Source: Vitrella brassicaformis CCMP3155
Lineage: Eukaryota; Protista; Chromerida
DNA: 64,000 nucleotides
Assembly (NCBI GenBank): GCA_001179505.1
Contig: CDMY01000308.1
Location: forward strand, 1-64,000
Direction: 5' to 3'
Below the pieces are notes generated by a model that was given only the letters and a program-made list of their open reading frames with translations, was not told where the DNA came from and did not search any database. The position numbers were made by a program, and so were the translations under genes. Every line of letters begins with the position of its first letter. The first letter of the stretch is position 1. Of this stretch, positions 21,170 through 33,440 are shown one piece after another.

Positions 21170-24100
21170 TCATGTGTGCTTAATCCCAAGGCAATATTTC
21201 TTCCACCCCACCAGCTCACACTCACTCTTTTCAACAGTGTAGTGTGGTGTGACCCGCATGGCGCACTCATCCGCAAACGAGCGGAGGTCGGCCAGCTTTG
21301 TGGCCTTCCTCTTTCCCTCCAGCTCACTCTCATCCAACACAGCAACCAACTCGACACTCACTGGTCGCACAGCCAAAGCTAGCTTGATGAACTCTGCCAC
21401 GCCTGCCTTGCTGCGTAGGTGTGAAGAGGTCAGGCGATGGATGCGAGGGCACCGGTCACCCAATGTGCCAGAAGCATCCGCCGGCCTCTCGCACACCACA
21501 CACCCAATCGGCTCACAACACTCGACCTCATCTAGCTCCCCCACAGCGAAATAGGAGAGAGGCTCACTCGCGGCAGCGAAGCTAGACACACCATCGAGAT
21601 CGACACGCTTGAGTGTCGTCAGCCGGCCCAGAAACGGCCTCAGCTTGCTGCTGGCGGCACGCAGCTCAGCCAAGAACAGCGAAGAAGACCGCACCGTCAA
21701 TTGCTCGACAGCGGGGAAGCATCGGCTGGTCGCCCCCTGCCCATCTCCCTTCCTCTCGCTCAGCCATGTGGGGATGCTGTCGACCACCTCTGATGCGCTT
21801 GCGCCACGCTTGATGTCGATCTCGAGTGTCGTGGCGTTGTGGCAGATGAGCTTGTGACGCCACGACTCGTGGAGCGGGGCGCCGCCCAGATCCAAGACAA
21901 CCTGAGCGAATGCAGACACAGACATTTGGCCCTGTCTGATGCACTCCCTCCCTCCCTGCTTTGTCTGTGCGCTCCTTACAATGGTCGCATTGGCTGCCAG
22001 TCGCGTGGCGATATCTCCGTAGAGGCCGCCTGGTGCAGGGAGGACAGTGGCAGCGCCGCTGCTGCAGTCGAGGGTCACCCAGCCGTATCCGCCCAGCTCC
22101 CACTCGAGCTCACAGCCGACGTCCACGGCCCACTTTCTGAAGGCCTCCACGTCCGCCATGCGTATCCTCCGCTGGCGGTAGTCCACACCGATCGACAGAT
22201 GCGGAGTGACGAACTCCAGCTTCTTGCGGACACCTGCAGTGAGCAGGGACACAGAGGAGATGAGTGCTGTGCTAGAGATAGTACTGCTGTGGATGCTCGT
22301 GCTTTGCGTACCCCTTTTCTCTGGTGTGCTGCTCCAGTGCGTTCTGAGGGCGTCTTTGAGCCTATTGAGGCGGCCAAACTGGCTGGGGATGTCAATCTCC
22401 AGGCCGGTGATGGTGGTGAGGTATGGGCAGCGACCCAGGGCGGCGGTGAAGTCGGCCCACTGGCGATAGTCGAGTCCGATGCGGTCGCCCTCCAGACGCT
22501 CGATCTTGGGTGATTCGTGGAGCAGACGAACCAAGGAGGCGGCATCCTCGTCGCTGTAGATGCGGCCGACCCGGAGTGTGGTCAGGGCCGGGAAGATCCA
22601 CCGACGTCTCCTGCAGATGAACACATGAGCACATGTCAATCATAGGCAGCAGTGGATGCCGCCCCCCCGTCAGCCCCACTTGCCTTTGGACATACACACC
22701 TGATGTGTCTGATGGTGTCACTGTTGTGGGGGTGGAGAAAAGTCAACTTGAGGAATGCGACGTCGCAGTCAGACGCGTCAACCTCCTTTGCACAGCCGCG
22801 GACGTCCAGCGTGAGGCTCTCGAGTGTCGTCCTGCATGACTCCAGGTACTCCGACAACACGACACGCGATTCCACGTCAGACGCCCACACAGACGCAGTC
22901 TTCATCTTGTCCTGCACACACACACACACACAGACGAGGTCGCATCTCACCATCTGTGTGTGTGTGTGTGTGTCAAACATGTGCCCACCCCAGCCCTCCC
23001 TCTCACCATGTGCTGCATCTCCTTGTTCACGTCCTCTACCTTGCTGTAGCTGTCCTCCTCGTCTTCAGTCACAGTGAATTCGCGGAAGAGGCCGGAAGTC
23101 TCGTCGATGGCCATCGTGCGGATGTCCTTGTTGACCTTGGCCAGACAAGCTGACATCTTGGTGGTCATGAGGGAGCCCATGTGGCTGAAGACGTCCTCAG
23201 GCAGACCACACAGACTCGGACGGCCGTATCTCTGATGCACACATGCACAGACAGATACACACTGAGGAAAGCAGTGATGGTGGCTGTCATTTCTCTGTGT
23301 CACCTTTGGCTTGTTCATCGGCTTTCGTGTCGCTGCTGCAGCACCGCACACAGCCATCGACCCACCTGAAGGCACCACACAACACAGCCACACACGCGCA
23401 TTGTCAAGCGTCTGCAGCCCATCAGTGCGTGTGGGAGGGGGGTACCTCCAACCGCAGCAGCAGCAGCAGCAGCAGCCAGACTGTCCACCTGTTCACGCTT
23501 CGCATCACCGACAGCCACCTGAACACATGACGTCACGCTTGTCCACCACCTCATGCGTGTGCGTCGGCCTGTTTGTGAGTTTGTGCGTACCGCCTTGCTG
23601 TGCTGTGCGACCTCATCGGCACGAGCCAGCCCCTCAGACACGAACGCCCTAAAGTCAGCCACATTGGGCTGACATGGATAGACAGACAGACAGACACACA
23701 GACAGACTGGGAATGATCGGCGTGTGAGCCGATCCCAATCGTACAGGTGTCTTGTGGGTTTTGTGGTCAGTCGACGTCTCTGACAGCTCCTTGGTCAAGG
23801 CCGAGTGAGCGTCGGTGAGAGCATCCAAAACGATCGACAGACGGCCAGGCAGCGATGCACTATCCTGCAGGCACAGACAGAACAGTGGGTAACAAGTGAG
23901 TGCCGCTGTTCGGCTGGCTGTGTGGTCTGCATGTGGACCTGTGCGTTGTCGGCAAGTGTGGCTATGATGTGCTCTGCCCGCTCAAGGTCAGACACAAACT
24001 GAGGCACAACCTGCAAGCCACAACCAAGACACCAAATGTGACTCCTGCCAGCAGTGCGTATGGCGCCCTCTCCGCCCCTCACCGAGCGCATCGAACGTAT

Positions 24101-24757
24101 CTTCTGCAGAAGATCACGAGGGCTGCCACCGCCGCTCGCCAGACCGCCCTGCCCAACTGCAGCAGCACCAGCAACATTTCACAAAGATCAGGATGGCCAA
24201 CCACATCAGGCATGGGTGTGATGGTGGTGTGGTGACCTGCAGAGGCAGCCGCGTCGTCACCGCTGTCTACCTCCACTAGACCTACTGCACCGGCAGCGCT
24301 TCTCAGCTGCTTCCACATCTGAGCATCCTCTAACTCATCCCTCAGGGCTCCCAGTCGTCAAAGTGAAAGACACCACACAGTGGCAGACACCTGCCCACCA
24401 CACATGACAGAGAAAAAAGTAGATGAATGAGAATTGCATCCGTGAGTCAAGACCAGATCTCTGCACTCATGCGTCATCCACCTGGCCTGTCTGTGTGCGG
24501 CGCTGCTCGACGGACTCGGAAGACTCCTCGGCACACGTATCTGCCAAACCAGCACACACATTCACCGCATCCACAGGCGAGGTTTGCAAGCGCCCGTTGT
24601 GAAGATCTGTGGACCTTCTTCCTAGCTGATCCAGATCCCAACACTTGGGAAACCAAATACGCCATAACCCATTTGTTTTTTGTCCTTCTGGGGTTTGGGA
24701 TTTGGGTATTGCGAGCTCAGCGAATCGGCTCCAACAGCAGTTTCGTCTCTCCACCAT
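21170..24757 (-). CDS. Lineage-specific F-box-like/LRR-like protein (family A)
   Basis: An internal exon encodes the F-box-like LCGLPEDVFSHMGSLMTTKMSACLAKVNKDIR. It is followed by degenerate LRR-like segments (LESLTLD, FPALTTLRV, CPYLTTITGL, FPAVEQLTV, LTTLKRVDL) ending at 21170. The 5' exons and start codon are uncertain. Confidence 0.65.
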
Positions 24758-24994
24758 CTTTGGCGCACAATGTTCACTGGGCGCCAGAGCAGGTGGCAGA
24801 CCCGCCTGCATCGATTGAAAGCCTCAGGTGAGAGGCCACACTGCCATCCATTGGTGAGCAGTGAGATGAGAAGAATGGCTGGATGGAGGTCAGGAGTGAA
24901 GTGGACGACTGATGCCTCTGTCTGCATCTGGTCTTGTTGTCTTCAGGCGTTCTAATTCGACCAAGCCACGGCGGCTGCTGGTGATGTAGCCGAC

Positions 24995-26897
24995 TTGCCG
25001 CAGCCACTGGTGAATGAAGGACACACACACACACATACACATAGATCATGTGCCACGCATGACGGCGGCTCTCTCGCTCTCTTGTCGGTTCGGTTCATCC
25101 GTCAGGCAATGCTGGCATCCTTGGGCCACGGCCGCCCCGCCACCCCTCCACGACTGCGACTGCGGTCCCTGGTGATCAGCAAAGCCGCCCACTCGGTGCA
25201 CACCAGACAAGCACTCCTCACACAGATTAACAACGGCCCGAACCGAGAAGACATCACCAGCGCTGTGCTCCAGAAGGTCAAGGAGCATATCGACGCCCAG
25301 TTCGTCGCCAAGGGCCTCAAAGGGATCATCGCCCTCTCCCCTGATCTGACGTCCATCGACCTGCTGCTGCAGCTGGCGTACTTCATCGACCACAGCGGCG
25401 AGTGGGCGGCGACGGTGCCCATCATCAGGGTGGCCAAGCATCAGCGGCAGGTGGAACAGTTGCCGATAGAGCTTAGCAGTGCTGATGTGGAGGGGGTGGG
25501 CAGCCGGGCACTCTTCGACAACCAGTGTGAGGCGCTGCGCCAGCTCTCACTCATCCAGCGCCACCTCGGCGTGACGCTCGAGCGCCACAACAATGGCGTG
25601 GAGCTGTTGAACGGAGAGCCGCTGACGATCCGCACACTGCAGACGCTGCCGGCCGACAGCCCCTTCCGCGATGGATTCGACCCGAACAACCCCGTGTGTG
25701 AGTATGACGGTGAGGGAGGGAGGGGAGGGAGGCGCGGGAGGGGGATGAGGGATCATCATTTGGTTGCGTATATGTGTGTGTGCAGATTGGGAGTTTGCTT
25801 CAGTCCGCGATGCCGTGTGGTTGGATAAGTAACAAAAGGAGGAGAATGCACACACATCGCCACGTTGGCTGCACCGCTCTGCCATGGTGTGTCTGATCAG
25901 GATGCAGTATGGAGGGCGGCGGGTCGTGGAGCAGTATGCGCCCCGGCACATTAATCCCCCACGGTGCGACCGACTCGTCAGTCATCCCCCTGCGCACACC
26001 CGATTGCCTCACCAGCTGTCCCACTCACTCCTTGTCATCTCCTTTTCTCTTCAGCGGATCCTCGCCACTCAGCCGCCGCCCCTATGGGACCGCCACATCA
26101 TCAGCACCAAGCACATTGCAGCAGGAGGAGCCTTCGGACGCATGATAGTGCTGCATGGCGACCAGCGGGGGGACGCCTTCGAGGCCCACCTCTACATCCA
26201 CAGCTTTGCCAGCATTGCCAGCGCCCACCTCTACACGACGGAGCGTCCCGTGGCGGGCGAGAAGGGTGCCGCGAGGTTTCCGCTGACAGTGAGGGTGGTG
26301 CGGCAGGTGATGGGGGCTGACGCAGAGAGGGTGTTCGGCAACAAGCTGGCCATAGCTCTCCCCCCTGCTGCTGCTGGTGGCGGTCAGGGAGCCGGGCAGA
26401 CCGCAGGCAAGCGCAAGCAGGGGCGACGGCACACACACAAGCAATGAATCCAATTGGATGTGTGGCTGTGTGTAGGTCCTGCTGCTGCTGCTGCTGCGAC
26501 CGCCTCGTCATCGGCTGCTGCAGGTGAGGCGATAGCCTCCCCTTCGCAACAGAATGGTACACACACACGCCAGCCAGACGCACACGGACATCACAATGGT
26601 CGTTGAGTCCTCTGTCCGTCACTGTGTGGTGTGCTGCGTGCAGCTGACTTGGTTGGGGCCCCTTCGGTCAACGTTGGCGTGGCGTCACCCCATGTGGCCG
26701 CCCCAGCAGCTGGTGGTGATGGCAGTTGTGGTGGCAATCGTGGCGAGAAGCGCAAGGCGGTCGCACTATCGGCATCAATTGGCGACAATGGCGAAGAGGG
26801 CGATACGGCGGCCGACGGTGGACGGGCGCAGAGGCGACGTCGCGAGCAGACGGCCAGGGGCGCAGAGGACAGCAGCATGACGATGGGGGACGAGTAG
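24995..26897 (+). CDS. Lineage-specific protein (family B, paralogue 1)
   Basis: Exons encode AKGLKGIIALSPDL...LLLQLAYFIDHSGEW...RQLSLIQRHLG...NPVCEY|DWEFASVRD...VLHGDQRGDAFEAH...YTTERPVAGEKGAARFPLTVRVVRQVMG, colinear with 28530-29792. Probable low-complexity tail exons run to 26897. Start uncertain. Confidence 0.7.
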
Positions 26898-27425
26898 CCG
26901 ACATCAGATACTGACCGACTTACTGTGAATAGGGGAGGGAGGGAGGGAGGGAGGGGCTGACTGACTCATGGTGGCTGGCTGGCTGGTTGGATGGATGGAT
27001 GGATGGATGAGTAGACAGACAGCTGACAGGACAAGCAGAGGGGAGGCAGGGAGGGGACGGCCTGTGGTGCTGGACCCACGGGGCCCACTTGGTGCTGCAT
27101 GATGTGTATGGTATGGACGGATGTCGTATGCGTGGCGCTCGACGTGTCTGTGAGATGCAAAGGATGATCCGCAGTGCTGCCCGCCTCACCATTCTCACAT
27201 GTAAACCACAAAGGCCATTGATTCAATCCTCTTCTTCCCCTGCTCTGCGAGCTTGTGAGCGAGCCCACGTCAAATGGCAAATAGCGTCGCTGTAGATCTT
27301 CTTTGGCGCTCACTGCTTCACTGTGAGTGCTGTGCGACCATGAGAAGCCTCCACTGAGGGGCCGCGTACTGACATCCAAGTCGGTGAGCATGATGGAGAA
27401 GGATGGCTAGAGGGATGGCATTGTG

Positions 27426-29753
27426 ATGGCACTGTGCGCCTCTGCACTCTTGTCTGCAGGCGTGTTTGGCCGGCGCGGCGCCATGGCAGCTGCAGCGTCA
27501 CCATCATCCGCTGCCGACCTCCCGCAGCCACAGGTACGGTACGTGTACCTCAGTCGCCCATTCATTTGTTTGATTTGTTTGTCCGTTTCATCCATCCATC
27601 CATCAGGTGGTGCCGTCGTCCCGCGACCGCTGCCAGACCGGCACTCGTGTGTGGATGGTGACGGACGGGCGCGAGAAGGGCAGGCAGGAATGGGTCAAGG
27701 CCGACGTCTATCGCACTGAGGAGTCCATCAAGGGGCTGAGAGTGTCTGTGAGGGAGGTGGGCGGCCGGAATGAGGAGTTCACTGTGATGGTGCCGCACCA
27801 GACCAGAGCATCAAATGCAGTAAGTAGAACCGCATCCACCGCACCCACAGATCCACTGATTGAATGATCCCGTGTGTGATATGCTTGATGTGCCTGCAGG
27901 TGCACAAGGGCTTCAGGCTCGTTGAGAAGGCGCCTCTGGAGCAGCCTGTAGGAAAGCATGATGGCAGCACCACGGTAAGTCCTCAAGCAGCCACGGACAC
28001 ACGGATAAATCGTCTCCCTTGGTTGCCTTTGTTCCAGGAGGTCGTGTTCGAGTGTCACTGTGAGCGGACCAGGCCGGGCGACGAGCTGTCCGTCGTCGGT
28101 GTCGTCGACGAGCTCGGCAAATGGGACGTCACCAAGGCCCTGCCGCTGGACGGCAGCGCCTACCCCATCTGGCGCAGCGCACTTGTCTGTCTGCCCGCCC
28201 CTGTGCATAGCGTCGAGTTTAAGTTTGTGCTGCGGCTGGGCGATGGAGGGTGGGAGTGGGAGCGCTTCAGAGGTGAGCGACATGAGAGTCTGTCACGGGG
28301 ATCAGGGTGAATGGATGGATGGATCTCCTGGTGTGGATGCGTGTGTGTGCGTGTGTGTGCGTGTGTGTGTGTGATGAACAGGCAATCGTGAGGCGACTCT
28401 TCTCTCCAGTGATGGCCGCGTCACATTTGTCAAGTGTGCATTCGGTGAGAACAAAACGCACACAGACATAATGGCGACGACAACACGGGGATGCGTCGAT
28501 GTGTGTGGGCATGTTCCTTCTTTTGTCAGACGACAAGGGTCAACAGTCCGTGCTTGACATTGACCAGCCTCGACTGTTCCAGCTGCCTCAGGAGGTCGAG
28601 CTGGAACTGTACCAGCTCCTCGGCAACGACCTGGCCATCGGCCTTGCCCGCTTCCGTCGCACATGCCGCATGGGCAACCTGCGTGTGTCAGATCCCGCGT
28701 CTGGTGCCTACCTGAGGACACAAATCAACCAGCAGCTCGCCGCCAAGGGCCTCGAGGGCATCATCGCCCTCTCTCCTGACCTGACGTCCATCGCCCTGCT
28801 GCTGCAGCTGTCGTACTTCATCGACCACAGCGGCGAGTGGGCGGGGTGGGAGCCGATCATCCGAGTGGCGGTGCATCAGCGGCGGGGAGAGGGGCGGTTG
28901 CCGATAGAGCTGACCAGTGCTGACGTGGAGGGGGTCGGCAGCCGGCCGGTCTACGACAGCCGGTGCGAGGCGATGCGGCAGCTCTCACTCATCCAGCGCC
29001 ACCTCGGCATGACGCTGGAGCGCATCAATGACGAGGAGCGGCTGAATGGGTATCGGCTGACCATCCACAGACTGCAGACGCTGCCGCCCAACAGCCCCTT
29101 CCGTGATGATAGATTCGACGAGGCCAACCCCGTGTGTGAGATGCCAGCAAGTGAGGGAGGGGGGAGAAGCGGGAAAGAGCTGCGGGAAAGAGCACGTGTG
29201 TGTCTGTATGTGTGCAGTTCACTACTACGCTTCAGTTCGCGACCTTGTATTGTATGAGTACAAAGACAAACAGAAAACGCTCACACGCATACACAGTGGC
29301 TGAACTGCTCTGCCGTGATGTGTCTGTCTGGTCAGGATGCAGCTGGGAGCGTCAGAGGTCGCGTACGAGATTCCGAACGCGTACCTCCGACTGGTCAGTC
29401 AGCCGAACGCACCCACACAAGAGCCTCACAGGCTGCCGCACTCAGTCATTGTCATCTCTCTCTCGCTTCAGCGGCAGCTCGCCAGGCAGCAGCCCCCGGC
29501 GTGGAACTGCCGCACCATTAGCACCAGCCACAGGAGCGACGGGCCGGCAGCAGGAAACATCGGCCGCGTGATAGTGCTGCATGGCGACCAGCGTGGGCAC
29601 ACCTTCGAAGCCCACATCTTCATCGGCAGCTACGCCACTCTTGCCAGCGCCCACCTCTACACGACAGAGCGCCCGGTGGCCGGCAGGGTGGGTGCCGCCA
29701 GGTTCCCCCAGACAGTGAGGGTGGTGCGGCAGGTGATGGGGGCCGACGCATAG
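27426..29753 (+). CDS. Chimeric protein: N-terminal SH3/Tudor-like segment + CBM20 + F-box-like motif + family B domain
   Basis: Consecutive GT-AG introns (27534-27606, 27820-27899, 27975-28037, 28273-28381, 28445-28529) keep one frame. They join CBM20 (EVVFECHCERTRPGDELSVVGVVDELGKWD...YPIW...VEFKFV...WERFR|GNR) to F|DDKGQQSVLDIDQPRLFQLPQEVELELYQLLG...TCR and the family B domain. TAG at 29751 truncates 13 conserved codons. Confidence 0.75.
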
Positions 29754-30479
29754 GTGGTGTTCGGCAACAAGCTAGCCGTAGCCGTAGACTGACTGATCCG
29801 TTCATCTGTCTACTCTCGGCTGCACATGTACCTTGTCTGCCTGCCTCTTAAGTGGCCACGGCAGCAGATGGCAGGCCGGGATGGCCGAGAGGCTGACAGA
29901 TATGTTGATGGACGGACGGACGGACGGATGGATGGATGGATGCATCTTTGGTGTGGCTGTCTTTGTGATGAATTCTTTCTCGCCGCACACACATTCACCG
30001 ACAGCCATCTCAGAAGTGTCTCAGCACCATCCCGCAGTCTCACTGACTCACGTGACACCACATAAATAAGGTCCCAGTGCTCACACCTAGACCAGTATGC
30101 TCACACCTTCTCGAAACACTCCCACACAAAAGAGCTGAGGCCCTCGGCTGCACAAAGCCTCACTGACGACACCACACACATCTTCAGCAAACACGCACTC
30201 CATCCATTTCCTTGTCCCCTTCTCCCACTAAGTCGCTTTCTCGTCGGGACGTCAGTCGAGGGAAGACGCAAGAGGGCGAGGGATAAAGGCCGAGACAGAC
30301 AGACCGACAGACAGACAGGCAGGCAGGCAGACAGACAGACGGCAGAACGAAGCCGTCGAGACAAACAGACGAGCACAGAGCAGCACCAGTCGATTGTGGA
30401 GGCACGAAACGCGGACACGCTGTACGTACAACCTGCCAACCTCTCACTCACCCATTCACTGCCTCACTGACAGTACTCG

Positions 30480-31860
30480 TGCCACCCGCTTGCAGAGGGG
30501 ATACGCTGCCGTACTCCCCTCCCGTCATAGCACTGCCACGCGAACAAGCGAATGTCCAACATCGACATAGCGGGCGAGGCGTCAGACCCAAATCGAGGCG
30601 TCAGGTACGACGAACCCCAGCTTCTTGGGCACATCTGCACCATTCACACGAGGGAGGGAGGGCACTGGCATTTCATCCACTTCACGGATACGTCATTTGT
30701 CCGCTCGGATACCTTTGTTTCGCGGTCTGTTCCAGTTGGCATTGACGGCCCTCGTGACCTCCTTCTCACAGCCGAATCTGTGGCTGGAGTCATAGTCGTC
30801 CATGTGGGATTGCAGGCCGGTAACAGTGGTGGAGGTGAGGGCGGCCCCCGAGAAGGGCGATGTCGTCGTCGGTCAACTAGAAGGCGTCCTCGAGCCGCTC
30901 GATTATCGGCATCGCGTCGAGCAGCTCCGTCTTGGGGTAGGCCGACTCGTCGATGCTGCCCACTTGCAGAGCCCTCATGTAAGGAAAACTCCATCGACAA
31001 TACCTGAATGCATTCACATAGCAAGAAAAAGCGACGGTGTTCCGAAAGACCCACACACACACGCCTGATACGCACCTGATGTGGCTGAGGCACGCAACGG
31101 ACTGGATGGTCATGTGTGCGATGTGTGGGAAGTGTGTGGGCAGGGCAGGCCGGCGCATATCGATGGGGGCCGGCGGGGCAGAGCGCGGACGGTCAGGGGC
31201 TATCACGGTCAGCCGGGTGAGTGTCAGCCTCGACGCCTCCAGGCACCTCGACACACACGCGGGCACACAGGAGCTCTCGATGTGGGCGGTCTGAATCTTC
31301 CCCTGCACCGACACACAGGCAAGAAAGCTTCCCGTCCCTGCGTATATGTCCCTCCCACCCCAGGCTTCTCACCATGTGCTGCATCTTCCTGACGCCCTTG
31401 ACCTTTCTGTAGGTCTCTTCCTCGTCGCTCGTCATGGTGAAGTGTCGGGACATGCCGAGAGTCTGGTGGGGTGGCCTTCTGGCGGGTATCCTTGTTGACC
31501 TTGGCCAGACAAATAGCCGTCTTGGTAGTGACGAAGGAGGCCATGTGGCTGAAGACGTCCTCTGGCAGACCAACAGACTCGGACGGCCGTATCTCTGATG
31601 CACACAGACACGTGCACACAGGGAAGATCAGTCATGGTGGTGGCTGTCATTTCTCTGTGTCACCTTTGGCGTCTTCATCGGCCTTCGTGTCGCTGCTGCA
31701 CCACCGCACACATCAACCGACCCACCTGAGGGCACTACACAACACAGTCACAAACGCGCATTGTCAAGTGTCTGCACCCCACAGCACAGCATGGGACTCT
31801 CAGCACTTTCACCCATATGTGGTTGATGTACCTTTGCTACGGGCTGATAGCTAGACACAC
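30480..31860 (-). pseudogene. Pseudogene of F-box-like family A
   Basis: Colinear with ~22.6-23.7 kb (GLPEDVFSHMASFVTTKTAICLAKVNKD). It has a 1-nt insertion in the G-run at ~31468-31471, a premature TAG at ~30877 and further stops in the VPKKLGFVVPDASIWV* segment. Confidence 0.8.
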
Positions 31861-32195
31861 GCGCTTGCTCCTGCCGCCAGCATCAACAGGCACCTGGATA
31901 GACACCTAAAACAAGCACGACAAATAGATGCAGCGAATCTATCTCAATTTCCATTGCGCGCCCTCGTCCGCTCACATCCAAACGCAATATTTCAATTCAT
32001 GCATCCTACATCCAGGCACAAGTCAGGTGTTTACACACCAACGGTCTATACAACTCTCTTCTTCATCCATGAATCTCTCTGCAAAAAGAGCCGTCTCCTC
32101 ATCGTGTCGACTTTTCTTAGCAGCGCGATCACGAGTTCTCTCAGCCCGCGCCACATCTTCCTCTCTATCCATCTCTCTCGACAAGCTCCATTCGC

Positions 32196-33196
32196 TCAAA
32201 GAGCCAACAAGAAATTCGCAAGATCAGTCACAGTCAGTGACTGGCTCCCATCTATACCTAAGTCTGTCTTCTCATAGCCGGCAAAGAACTCGTACACGAA
32301 GGCCTCCGTGCCATTGCACAAAACACCAACTGCATCACCAATTTCCTCCAGCTCCTGTTCTGAGTGCCGCTTCCATGTTCTAACAAGGACCATCTCGCCA
32401 TGGAGCTGCTTTGCAAATGCTGACAGCGATACCCCAGTATACTTCCCTGCCTTCGCCTCACAAACCACTGCCTGGCTCGTGGCGAATGCCTCGTGGTGCT
32501 GGTCTTTGGCGCTGATGGGCACAATCGCCAAATCTCCTGGGCTCCCCTTCAGATACCGCCAGCCGTCCTTCCGTGTTGGGACCGATGAGGCCGACTCAAA
32601 GTATCTTGTCTTACACTCGACGACCACCAATTTGTCCTCTCGAACCTTGTTGACCTCGTCGACGACTCGCTGGAGAATCCTCTTCACATAATCGCTGGCC
32701 TCCTCCACGATTTCGGTGTTGCCGTCGAAGGGCTGGACATGTTGGATAGGGCCGGGGATGGGAGTGTTCTTGGGCTGAAACCGTGGGTTCACGTCGACCC
32801 CACCGACGACAGATAATCTTGAGACGGCCACTGGTGTCGTGTCGTCATCGTCGAGAGTACGCTTTCGACCTACATAAATACACAACAAAGCATGACAAGA
32901 ATACAATCGCATGCTTTGCTGAGCTTTTGCTCACCTCTTCGCCATGGCATCGGTTCCTTGATGTCCTTGCCACGCTGGCCGAAGACACTCTCCACTTTAT
33001 CTGACTCGAGAACCCCGCCGATTCCCTGCTGGTCGATCAGCAAGACCTCCGTGCGCTCGCCGATTTGGAACTCCTCGCGAATCTCTTCCCGCAACCCAGC
33101 GATGTCCTCCTGGCGCTTGATCTTCCGCGGGACGTGAAGATCTCTTCTCTCGTCTGCCTCCTGCACCCACAGAGTGCGAGACCAAAAAGACCCCAT
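32196..33196 (-). CDS. Crinkler/CR-effector-like protein with C-terminal PD-(D/E)xK restriction-endonuclease-like domain
   Basis: ATG 33196 begins MGSFWS (MGxxxS). The header LWVQ...DIAGLREEIREEF resembles ubiquitin-like CRN headers. A phase-1 intron joins RR|GRKR. The C-terminus has GDLAIV...VVCEAK...QLHGEM...VGVLCNGTEAFVY. The 3' end may extend to ~32045 through another intron. Confidence 0.55.
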
Positions 33197-33440
33197 ATGC
33201 GGTGCTGTGCGGCCACAGGAATACAATCTATGCAGCGATTCCCGATCTCTCCCGTGCGCGCTACGAGCTCGCAGGTGAGGCAAAACTGGAAGAGAACGAA
33301 AGTGCGAAGCAGCAAAACAGGCGCCTGAAAACAGCAGTGCATCGTCTGGGGTCTGCGTCAAGGCTCCAAATTCCCTTTTTCTCAACAGATCACAGCTTCC
33401 TTCCTGCAGTCAGCATCAGGCCATCCATCTGTCGCATCGC

